A model generated the notes under the pieces. That model saw nothing but the letters and a program-made list of their open reading frames with translations. It had not been told where the DNA came from and ran no database searches. Both the position numbers and the translations under genes were made by a program. From the NCBI RefSeq assembly GCF_936981045.1, contig NZ_OW441264.1, positions 870,001-902,000 of the forward strand: 32,000 nt of DNA. Reading direction: 5' to 3'. Shown here one piece after another: positions 9,800 to 18,512 of the stretch. The DNA is from Candidatus Saccharimonadota bacterium. GTDB taxonomy: Bacteria; Bacteroidota; Bacteroidia; Cytophagales; Amoebophilaceae. Within the stretch, counting starts at the first letter, position 1. Every line of letters begins with the position of its first letter.

Positions 9800-10558
9800 C
9801 TACTCTTCTTCTTGAAAGATGTCGCAAATGCCGTCATATTGTAGCTCCGCTTCCATTGGAAGTAACCAGTTTCTTGCCCATTCTTGGTCTTTGTTTTCGA
9901 TCTGTGGGGATGCATGTGGTTCGATCTGTGGTTCGGCATGTGGTTCGGCATGTGGTTCGGCATGTGGTTCGACCTGTGGTTCGACCTGTGGTTCGACCTG
10001 TGGTTCGACCTGTGGTTCGACCTGTGGTTCGACCTGTGGTTCGGCATGTGGTTCGGCATGTGGTTCGGCATGTGGTTCGGCATGTGGTTCGACCTGTGGT
10101 TCGGCATGTGGTTCGACCTGTGGTTCGACCTGTGGTTCGACCTGTGGGGATGCATGTGGTTCGGTCTGTGGTTCGGTCTGTGGTTCGGTCTGTGGTTCGG
10201 CCTGTGGTTCGACCTGTGGGGATGCATGTGGTTCGGCCTGTGGTTCGACCTGTGGGGATGCATGTGTTGTTGTTAGTGCTGGTGTGGTTGGTTTGTGCTG
10301 TTGTGATTGGTAGCTACTGTTCCTGCTGGTGTAGTTGTTGTGGTTGGTTTCTGCTGGTGTGGTTGTTGTAGTTATTTCTGCTGTTTCTGCTGTTGTGGTT
10401 TCTGTTATTGGTTGATTTTGTGTTGTTGTTGCATTATCCCCATCTATATCTGCAATTAATCTATCTGTTAGTCTATTTTTGCATTCAGCTCCAGTTAAAA
10501 CCACTATAGCAAAGTACAATGCAGTACGCTTTGAAAAGATTTTTATGTTGTGTTCCAT
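9800..10558 (-). CDS. Secreted or lipoprotein-like protein with a T-rich linker and a tandem (E/S)P(Q/H)(V/A) tetrapeptide array; the C-terminus is replaced by the Tn3 insertion
   Basis: N-terminus MEHNIKIFSKRTALYFAIVVLTGAEC is signal-peptide or lipobox-like. About 29 in-frame 12-nt repeats follow. The last 19 codons (..PMEAELQYDGICDIFQEEE) are read from the Tn3 IR. Confidence 0.6.
   Translation of the reverse strand: MEHNIKIFSKRTALYFAIVVLTGAECKNRLTDRLIADIDGDNATTTQNQPITETTTAETAEITTTTTPAETNHNNYTSRNSSYQSQQHKPTTPALTTTHASPQVEPQAEPHASPQVEPQAEPQTEPQTEPQTEPHASPQVEPQVEPQVEPHAEPQVEPHAEPHAEPHAEPHAEPQVEPQVEPQVEPQVEPQVEPQVEPHAEPHAEPHAEPQIEPHASPQIENKDQEWARNWLLPMEAELQYDGICDIFQEEE
9903..10262. repeat. Tandem array of about 29 x 12-bp units (ctgtggttcgac / atgtggttcggc variants)
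   Basis: The periodicity is directly visible. All six frames are open across the array. Confidence 0.9.
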
Positions 10559-13227
10559 TCTTAATAAGGTTTTCGTATGGTTTTCGATTGCTTTAATCGA
10601 TGCTTATATAGCTACCATCTAAGGTATAAGCCTATAAACTGGAGCTTGCAATACTTCATTTAGATAGCAATTTTAAGTAAGTTTCTATAATTATACAAAT
10701 ATCGCATATGGAAATTTTATATTATTTTTAAGTAGCAGAGTATTTTTATACTGAAATACAATTGGATAAATAAAGATTTTCGGTTTTGTCGCGTTTATTC
10801 TAAAAAATCATTATTTCAGTATCTGCAGTTAAAAAAGTAGTTATTATGTTTAATATTTCGCCCAAATTATTACCTTATTTTAAGGGCTATTGTTCTTCAG
10901 CAGAAGTCATCCTGTTATTTGTCTAGATGAAGTATTGTTTTTCCTTGAGCTATAGAGATTTGGAAGATATGATGCGTATGAGAGGCGCAAGAGTTGATCA
11001 TTCTACGCTACAAAGATGGGTTATTAAGTTTGTTCCTCTTATAGATGAAGCAGTAAGCAAAAGAAAACGACCAGTTGGTGGTAGTTGGAGAATGGATGAA
11101 ACCTATGTTAAACTAAACGGGAAGTGGATCTATTTATATAGAGCAGTAGATCGTTATGGTGATACAGTTGACTTTTTTCTATCTGAGCATAGAGACAAGT
11201 CTGCAGCTTTTTCTTTTTTTCGTAAGGCGATCACAGAAAATAATATTCCTAAGAAAGTAGTAATTGACAAAAGCGGTAGTAATAAAGCTGCCCTTGATAC
11301 GATCAATACAGAACTTGATCAAGATCATACTATTCAAATATTTCAAAACAAATACTTGAATAATAGAGTTGAACAAGATCATAGGTTTATCAAAAAACGG
11401 CTAAAACCTATGCTTAGTTTTAAGTGTTTTAAGTCTGCAGCCATTGCACGCCGGCACAGGTGTGCAACAAATGGGGTGTAAGTCCCCTGACTCTAATTTG
11501 TCTATTTCGGGAGTCTAGCAGGAGGTTGGATTTGTGGGGTGATTCACAGGTTTAAGTTACCTTTAAATGCATCTGCAAAATAGCGGGCTGCAACAAAAGT
11601 GAACCTAAATTAGCCTCGTTAAGCCGTTTAAGCGCATTTGCCGACTATCTAGTGGCTACAGGAAGGCTGATAGTAGGATGGAAAAAATAGACCATGACCA
11701 TCATACAAGTGCCGGGGTGTTAGGGGTTGCACGCTATGAATGTTTCACATCGTAGTCCGGGAGATCTGATATGAATCCAGTAGGCCACTGGAAACTTTAT
11801 TGTATAAGTAAAGCGAAATCAATAAGGGTGATATCAGAAGTCCGCGGGGTCTATAATACCGTTCGTATTGATTGGGAAACCACTCAAGAGGAAAGGGACC
11901 CTACTTCAGTTAACGAGTTTAAAAGAGTTGAGAATGTCTGATTGCCCTAAAGCTATGAACGGAACATTAAAAGTTCAGCAACTCCAAAGAACTCTATATC
12001 TCAAATCCAAGCAATGTAAGGAAGTCAGATTTTATAGTATATATGATAAAATTTATCTAAAAGATGTACTTTGGGAAGCTTGGCGTCAAGTCAAAGCAAA
12101 TCAAGGTTCAGCAGGGATTGATGGTAAAAGCATAAGTGATATAATAGATCAAGGTGAGGCAAAGATTATCAATAAATTGCAGCAGCAACTACGCGCAAAG
12201 CTATACAAATTTACCTCAAGCAGGTTGGTAGAAATACCCAAAGCTAAAGGTGGAACAAGGCCACTAGAGGTAATGACCGTAGAAGATCTCATAGTGCTCA
12301 CAGCAATGAAAATAGTCATTGAACCGATCTTCGAAGCTGATTTTCACGAATGTTCATACGGCTATAGACCGAAACGAGGAGCCAAACAAGCGAGTTTAGT
12401 GATCCGAGAAGATCTATACCAGCAGGCATGGGGCGTAGTTGAGATTGATTTTCAATCATACTTTATTAGCATCCCACACGAAAAGTTATTAAAACTTATT
12501 AGTAAAAGGATAGCAGATGGCAGTATGTTGAAGCTAATTAAACAAACCCTAACAACGTCAATAGTAAAACAAGGTAAAATTACATGCAAGAAAGTTGGAG
12601 TACCGCAAGGATCACCAATATCACCGTTGTATAGTAATATCTACCTAAATGTTATAGACCAAGTGTGGCACTCAAGGGGGTATCCAGAAAAGCTAAGCGC
12701 AACCTTGCATAGGTATTGTGATGATGCAATTTTGGTATGTCGTAAGAGTGCTAGCTTAGCGCTGGAGAAATTCACAGAATTAGTAAAGAGGTTATCGCTC
12801 ATTATTAACCACCAAAAGACACGAATAACGAAACTGAAAGAAGGCTTTAACTTCATAGGTTTTTACTTTGTAAAAAGAAAGAGTCCAACAAGTGGCAGAA
12901 ATAGCATTTATGTATTTCCAACGAAACAATCCCAACAAAGCATCCGTAACAGACTAAAATACCTGACTTGTAGAAGAGCACCAATCAAACCTCAAGCATT
13001 CATCGAGTAAATAAAACCAGTAGTGTTAGGATGGGTTAACTATTTTAAACATACGAATTCCAGTGAAGCTTTTGTTAGATTGCAGGACTTTATTAATAAC
13101 CGATTTCGCAGATACTTAACCACCTGAGTTCGGGATTAGCTTGTTAAAAAATAGCTTTAAAAAGTTCCTTTGTGTTTTAAATTTGGAGATAAAAAAATAC
13201 TAACCAGATTATCCAAAGGAGCCAGTT

Positions 13228-14357
13228 ATGAATGTAGAAAAGTTAGTTGAAATATATTATGCTGTTAATGAATTTCTCATAAAGTTTATGCCGTATATGG
13301 AAAAACAACTGTTAACCAACTCTAAAAGAAAACCCACTAGAATTTGTTCATTAACTTTGAGTGAAATAATGACTGTTCTTATTGCCTTTCATGTGATTGG
13401 TTTTAGAAATTTTAAGTCTTATTATATTCATTTACAGCAATTTCATTCTAGTGAATTTGGAAAGTTAGTAAGCTAGAATAGATTTATAGAACTGATCCAA
13501 AGAACGTTAGTTCCCTTGTACTGTTTTACACAAAGTCTTTCTAAAACAAAAACAGGTTGTTATTTTATGGATGCAACAGCCATCAAGGTTTGCCATATCA
13601 AAAGAGCCTATACGCACAGGGTTTTTAAATCGATTGCTACTAAAGGTAAAACCAGCACCGGTTGGTTTTTTGGATTAAAGTTGCACTTGATAGTCAATTA
13701 TTTAGGAGAAATTATGAATTTTCAACTGACCATAGGTAAAACTAATGATAGGCTTCCTGTAGAAAATTTGTGTAAACACTTCATGGGTAAAATGTTTGCC
13801 GATAAAGGTTACATAAGCAAAGATTTATTTGAAAAACTGATGGAAAAAGGCGTGGAACTCATTACCCAAATCAGAAAAAATATGAAAAATGCTTTTATGC
13901 CACTCTGGGATAAACTGATGCTTAGAAAACGATCTATAATTGAAACTATTATAGATCAGCTCAAAAATATTAGCCAGATAGAACATTCCAGGCATAGAAG
14001 CATACCTAATTTTCCAGTCAATTTGATAGCTGGAATTACAGCTTATGGACTAAAAGAGAAAAAACCTTCTATAACTAATATAACGTGAGTTCGGGATTAG
14101 ATTATTTTTTCATTTGATAATCAATATTAATAAAAATTTATAAAATTTGTTTTATTAGACAATTAAATAGGTAGTTGAATAACAAATAATTCTGGTAATC
14201 AGTTTATTATATATGTTATATTTATAAAATTAGATATAAAAACTTGTTAAATAAGTGCAAATATTAACTAAATAATTGATATTAAATTGTTGTAAATCAG
14301 TCGAATAAATCCCGAACTCACGTTAATATATATATGACTGGTTCACAATACGTCTAA
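13228..14357 (+). pseudogene. IS982-family transposase with an in-frame TAG (13474-13476) and a MITE near the 3' end
   Basis: Track ORFs 13228..13476 and 13516..14088 are in the same frame, reading ..GKLVS*NRFIELIQ.. where IS982 relatives have SYNRF. The core contains ADKGYIS and RHRS..NF. The last 9 codons are displaced to 14331-14357 by the MITE. Confidence 0.8.
14083..14323 (-). mobile_element. 240-bp MITE, copy 4 (reverse orientation), inside IS982 copy 1
   Basis: Termini are perfect. Comparison with the uninterrupted copy 2 gives a target duplication of AATAT (or TAATATA) within a TA tract. Confidence 0.88.
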
Positions 14358-14513
14358 TCCCGAACTGAGGTTAACCCATAGAAGAAAAGGCCGTGGGTGT
14401 GGGTGGCAAAGCTATCCCAATAGCAAACTCTATACAATGGGGATGTTGTAATTGGTAGTGGAATGATTAAGTATCCTGAGAAAGTTGTGCGAGGTTTATG
14501 AAGAAGACTGCCG

Positions 14514-14548
14514 GACCGCCGTATTCGGGAAAACTGAACGTACGGTGA
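14514..14548 (+). ncRNA. Group II intron domain V
   Basis: GGACCGCCGTATTCGGGAAAACTGAACGTACGGTGAG has paired arms CCGTAT../..ACGTACGG around a GAAA-type loop. The catalytic triad reads CGC. Confidence 0.7.
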
Positions 14549-14856
14549 GATGAGAAGGGAATGGGTAAACAATGAAGAATCAAGTTAGTCAGTTACTGTA
14601 TTGCGAGCAATCAGAAGCAATAGATATGCTTAATTTTAAGTGTCCACCCATTTCTTTACTCTAGACCATTGCAGGGATAGAAAACATTTGTATGATTCAA
14701 AAAGGACAAGTAATCGGAGCTAAAAATCATCTTTCTACTTTTGAGAATTTTGTTATGCTAATGGCCGAATAATAATCAATATATATCCAAAACTTCACTT
14801 AAAAGAAAAGACGTTACTAACGAAAATATAGACGCGACAGAACCTCCAAATGGGTA

Positions 14857-15333
14857 CTAACTTTTTAAAAAATTAGCTATTTGCATTAATTTTTCATCTG
14901 ATTCCCGTTCTGCATCGTGAGAGGAAATGTAACCAGGATATCTGTCAAATTTAGTTTTAATAGTGGTTGCAAGCCTCTTCCAGCTACCATCTTTGGTTCC
15001 ATGCAGAGGGATCAATTTAGCATGTAAGTGGTTAACGCCATACCCTTCAAATACAAGAGCTGTTCTCTCAACGGTTGGAAATTTATGGACCAACAAGTCG
15101 GACACTTGTTTGGCTGCTCCCATTAAGTCATTGATCTCTTCTGATGCATGATCAAAAATATAACTGCTCAGGTGGTGCTTAGGGATCACCACTGTAAACC
15201 CTTCTGTATTAGGAAATATGGATAGAAAAGCCATATAATCTATATCCTCCCATATTTTATTAGAAGGTGCCAATCCTGCTACAATCTTACAAAAAACACA
15301 TTCTTGTGTGGATACATCAGTAGGTAAGTGCAT
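14857..15333 (-). CDS. HIT (histidine triad) family protein
   Basis: N-terminal CVFCKIVAG and a histidine-triad-like motif NHLHAKLIPLH in a 158-aa ORF. The third His of HxHxH is not conserved. Confidence 0.7.
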   Translation of the reverse strand: MHLPTDVSTQECVFCKIVAGLAPSNKIWEDIDYMAFLSIFPNTEGFTVVIPKHHLSSYIFDHASEEINDLMGAAKQVSDLLVHKFPTVERTALVFEGYGVNHLHAKLIPLHGTKDGSWKRLATTIKTKFDRYPGYISSHDAERESDEKLMQIANFLKS

Positions 15334-15568
15334 GGTATCTTAGGTATGTTATCTTTGCTTGCAATCTTTTTAATCATCTATTTGCTTCAACTGGCCAAAC
15401 TACCGTTAAAAGTAATCAATAGTTTAGACTACATTAGACGCTTTAAATTTAGTCAACAAATCTAAACAAATCAAGCTTAGTATAAGCTATCCCACCATCT
15501 ATTGCGTAGATAGAGGCGACCCCAAAAAATGGACCGTTTCAGTTGACACTCTTTCCTGAATAGTGATC

Positions 15569-16630
15569 CTATTGATATATGGCATTTTGGATAGCTACTT
15601 GTTGTGCTAGCATTGCAGCAATTTTATTAAAAGGCATAATTGGTTTATAGGGCATGGTACCTAAATCGCCCTGTTGGCAAATCATGGAAAGCAGTGGAAT
15701 TTGGCCTAAAAAAGGTATGGATTCGTTTTCTGCTAGCAGTTTGCCCCCATCCTTTCCAAAAATATAATATGGATTGCTTGCATCTTCTTTTTCTGTTAGA
15801 AAATAAGACATATTTTCTATCAATCCCAAGATGGGCACTTTGATTTGTTCTTTTTTAAACATAGCAATTGCCTTTATGGCATCGATTAATGCAATTTTTT
15901 GCGGTGTAGTAACCACTACAGCGCCTGTAATGGAAACCGTTTGCACCAAAGTAAGATGAATATCACTGGTGCCGGGGGGAAGGTCAATCAATAAATAGTC
16001 TAATGCACCCCAATCTGCATCCTGTAATAATTGCTTAAAAGCCGCACTGGCCATAGGCCCACGCCATACAATGGCCTCTTGCATATTGGATAAAAAGCCA
16101 ATAGAAAGCAACTTCACATTATGACGGTTTATAGGAATGATATGGTTCTTGCCGTCCCGTTTGACCACAGTTGGTTTGGTGGTTTCGCAACCCCACATGG
16201 TAGGAATAGATGGCCCAAATATATCCGCATCTAAAAGTCCTACATACGCACCATGGTTGGATAGTGCAAGCGCCAAATGTGTAGCAATGGTAGATTTGCC
16301 AACGCCACCCTTTCCAGAAGCAACAGCGATAATATTTTTGACGCCAGGCAGTATAGAAGAGGATCGGGAACGTCCCGAAGTGACTGTTGATGTGAACGTA
16401 ATTACAATTTCAAAATCATCTATTACCTCTTGACGAATGGCTTGTATACATGCCTGTTTTATCATTTTTTGTAATGGGCAGGCTGGGGTAGTCAGTATAA
16501 TGGTAAAAGAAATGGTAGCGCCATCTATATACAGCTGATCAATCATTCCCAAGGACACTAAATCTTTTTTTAAATCAGGATCATCTACCTTACGTAAAGC
16601 TTCTAATACCCTTGTTTTTAATGTGTTCAT
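15569..16630 (-). CDS. apbC: Fe-S cluster carrier ATPase Mrp/ApbC (N-terminal DUF59-like domain plus ParA-type P-loop)
   Basis: The deviant Walker A VASGKGGVGKST is present. The protein is 353 aa and similar to Mrp/NBP35 throughout. Confidence 0.88.
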   Translation of the reverse strand: MNTLKTRVLEALRKVDDPDLKKDLVSLGMIDQLYIDGATISFTIILTTPACPLQKMIKQACIQAIRQEVIDDFEIVITFTSTVTSGRSRSSSILPGVKNIIAVASGKGGVGKSTIATHLALALSNHGAYVGLLDADIFGPSIPTMWGCETTKPTVVKRDGKNHIIPINRHNVKLLSIGFLSNMQEAIVWRGPMASAAFKQLLQDADWGALDYLLIDLPPGTSDIHLTLVQTVSITGAVVVTTPQKIALIDAIKAIAMFKKEQIKVPILGLIENMSYFLTEKEDASNPYYIFGKDGGKLLAENESIPFLGQIPLLSMICQQGDLGTMPYKPIMPFNKIAAMLAQQVAIQNAIYQ

Positions 16631-16694
16631 GATTGTCTGTTTCAGTTCATCGTACGCATTTGGCCCTTATATTATAGATAGGTGGATAACATCC

Positions 16695-17538
16695 GGTTCT
16701 GTCGCGTCTATATTTTCGTTAGTAACGTCTTTTCTTTTAAGTGAAGTTTTAGATATATATTGGGTATTATTCGGCCATTAGCATAACAAAATTCTCAAAA
16801 GTAGAAAGATGATTTTTAGCTCCGATTACTTGTCCTTTTTGAATCATACAAATGTTTTCTATCCCTGCAATGGTAATGGCTGCAGTCTTAAAACACTTAA
16901 AACTAAGCATAGGTTTTAGCCGTTTTTTGATAAACCTATGATCTTGTTCAACTCTATTATTCAAGTATTTGTTTTGAAATATTTGAATGGTATGATCTTG
17001 ATCAAGTTCTGTATTGATCGTATCAAGGGCAGCTTTATTACTACCGCTTTTGTCAATTACTACTTTCTTAAGAATATTATTTTCTGTGATCGCCTTACGA
17101 AAAAAAGAAAAAGCTGCAGACTTGTCTCTATGCTCAGATAGAAAAAAGTAAACTGTATCACCATAACGATCTACTGCTCTATATAAATAGATCTACTTCC
17201 CCTTTAGTTTAACATAGGTTTCATCCATTCTCCAACTACCACCAACTGGTCGTTTTCTTTTGCTTACTGCTTCATCTATAAGAGGAACAAACTTAATAAC
17301 CCATCTTTGTAGCGTAGAATGATCAACTCTTGCGCCTCTCATACGCATCATCTCTTCCAAATCTCTATAGCTCAAGGAAAAACGACACTTCATCTAGACA
17401 AATAACAGGATGACTTCTGCTGAAGAACAATAGCCCTTAAAATAAGGTAATAATTTGGGCGAAATATTAAACATAATAACTACTTTTTTAACTACAGATA
17501 CTAAAATAATGATTTTTTAGAATAAACGCGACAGAACC
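16695..17538 (-). mobile_element. IS6-family element, B-type copy 2 (844 bp)
   Basis: IRs GGTTCTGTCGCG (16695) and CGCGACAGAACC (17538). The flanking 8-mers differ (TAACATCC against TAAGAATG), so there is no TSD. Confidence 0.88.
16767..17474 (-). pseudogene. IS6-family transposase with two in-frame TAG codons
   Basis: TAG at 17394-17396 occupies the Tyr codon of the A-type (the same change as in copy B1). TAG at 17193-17195 occupies a Trp position (GKW becomes GK*). The rest is in frame through to 16767. Confidence 0.85.
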
Positions 17539-17870
17539 TAAGAATGATCCCAAAGGAATTGAAACCTTTTTAGCTCAACTTGATAAAACAACGCATCACT
17601 GTGTCTTAGAAGCCACAGGCAACTATGTCGCTTTATTACTGCAGATACTTACAGAGCATGAAATAGTTGTGTCGATGGTCAATCCCAAGCAAACCAAACA
17701 TTTTGCTCGGATGATGCTAGTTATAACCAAAACCGATAAGGTAGATGCCCAACTTATTGCCCTTGATGGAGAAAAGATGCAACCTGCCCCTTACAGAATG
17801 CTTCCCCAAAATATACAAGGGTTAAATCAACAAAAAACGCTTCTTGTTCAGCTAAAAAAACAACTTACTA

Positions 17871-18110
17871 ACGTGAGTTCGGGATTTATTTGACTGATTT
17901 ACAACAATTTAATATCAATTATTTAGTTAATATTTGCACCTATTTAACAAGTTTTTATATCTAATTTTATAAATATAATATATATAATAAAATGATTATC
18001 AGAATTATTTGTTATTCAACTACCTATTTAACTGTCTATAAAACAAATTTTATAAATTTTTATTAATATTGATTATCAAATGAAAAAATAATCTAATCCC
18101 GAACTCACGT
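17871..18110 (+). mobile_element. 240-bp MITE, copy 5
   Basis: Termini are perfect. TSD is TACTA (17866-17870 and 18111-18115). Removing it restores ..QLKKQLTMFYNLLES.. in frame. Confidence 0.9.
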
Positions 18111-18512
18111 TACTATGTTCTATAATCTGCTAGAGTCTTTTAATGTGTTGCCTCAAGCAGATGACTTCGCCTTAAGAACACTCAAGGAAACTATAGCCTG
18201 CCTGGAAGAACAGATAGAGCTTCTGGAGCAACAAATGCTTTCTATCACCCAGGAGAGCTATAATGAGCTCTATAAGCGCATTAGTTCTATTAAGGGCATT
18301 GGAGATAGAACCGCTCTGCAGCTTATTGTTTCCACTGGAGGGGGGGAACATTTTCAAAGGGCTAAACAGTTTTCTAAGTTCATTGGCTTAGCTCCTAGTT
18401 ATGAGCATTCAGGCTCTTCCATAAGGAAGAAGGGGCATATCAACCGTCATGGGAACTCCCAGCTGCGTTCTTTGCTCTATATGGCTTCTTGGTCTGCTAT
18501 ACGGTTTAATAA

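Larger units (their letters stand above)
4171..9859 (-). mobile_element. Minimal Tn3-family element (IRs plus tnpA only), heavily disrupted
   Basis: About 34-bp terminal inverted repeats: 4171-4204 CCAATGGGAGCGAAGCTACAATATGACAACATTT against the reverse complement of 9826-9859 CCAATGGAAGCGGAGCTACAATATGACGGCATTT (30 of 34 positions match). Tn3-type tnpA fragments lie between them. Candidate TSD is AAGTA (4163-4167 and 9860-9864), with a 3-bp uncertainty at the left end. Confidence 0.7.
13122..14371 (+). mobile_element. IS982-like insertion sequence, copy 1 (carries MITE copy 4)
   Basis: Ends are ACCTGAGTTCGGGATTAGC and the reverse complement ACCTCAGTTCGGGATTAGACG. A perfect 5-bp TSD TAACC lies at 13117-13121 and 14372-14376. 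It is inserted in the intron ORF. Confidence 0.88.
11934..14451 (+). pseudogene. Group II intron reverse transcriptase/maturase, with an in-frame TAA and an IS982 insertion
   Basis: RT motifs are present (AGIDG, YGYRPKRGAKQA, GVPQGSPISPL, RYCDDAILVC). TAA at 13008-13010 is followed in frame by ..IKPVVLGWVNYFKH... The ORF is cut at 13121 and resumes at 14377 (HRRKGRGCGW..LYTMGML*). Confidence 0.85.
11446..14663 (+). mobile_element. Group II intron (IIC-like domain V) with a disrupted intron-encoded RT/maturase
   Basis: GTGTGCAACAAATGGGGTGTAAGTCCCC at 11460 fits the GUGYG 5' consensus. An RT ORF with YCDD and a maturase GWVNYF motif is present. Domain V is at about 14514-14548, and a domain VI-like helix with a bulged A is at 14657. 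The 14 nt at 11446-11459 are unexplained. Confidence 0.8.
10782..14844 (+). mobile_element. IS6-family element, B-type copy 1, split by a group II intron; the transposase is a pseudogene
   Basis: The left IR GGTTTTGTCGCG is at 10782 and the right IR ends at 14844. IS6 homology stops at 11445 (..GCAGCCATT) and resumes at 14664 (ACCATTGCAGGG..), which are adjacent positions in intact copies. TAG at 10924-10926 replaces the Tyr codon of the A-type. No TSD is present. Confidence 0.85.

Noticed and set aside
9903-10262. Possible CRISPR array (regular short repeats); the 51-bp repeats at 27230-27382 were considered for the same reason
   Set aside because: The repeats are directly tandem with no unique spacers. 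The 12-bp unit is far too short, and no cas genes are present.
9819-10371. Three plus-strand ORFs (164, 171 and 130 aa; CGS-, VVR- and WFG-rich) and a second minus-strand ORF (9790..10263, HRSN-rich) across the 12-bp repeat array
   Set aside because: They are frame echoes of a perfectly periodic 12-bp repeat, in which every frame is open. Only the 9800..10558 frame continues into a non-repetitive N-terminal region with a signal-peptide-like start.
11868-13010. Reverse transcriptase as part of a retron, DGR or defence-associated RT system
   Set aside because: The RT is followed in frame by a maturase (GWVNYF) region. It is embedded between a GUGYG 5' end and a domain V/VI 3' end, so it is a group II intron IEP. 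No template or variable repeat pair and no msr/msd-like structure was seen.
14354-14572. Minus-strand 72-aa ORF downstream of IS982 copy 1
   Set aside because: It overlaps the end of the intron-encoded protein and group II intron domain V on the opposite strand, so it is most likely spurious.
11179-17141. A 67-aa ORF antisense to the IS6 transposase gene, present in two copies (11179..11382 and 16938..17141)
   Set aside because: Its recurrence is explained by the IS copies being near-identical. The sequence is low-information (I/F/L/K-rich) and overlaps the conserved transposase core.
10782-17538. Composite transposon formed by inverted IS6 copies B1 and B2 around the HIT-apbC genes
   Set aside because: The outer flanks differ (AGATTTTC against TAAGAATG), so there is no 8-bp TSD. 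Both copies are defective and the cargo consists of core housekeeping genes. Independent insertions on either side are more likely.
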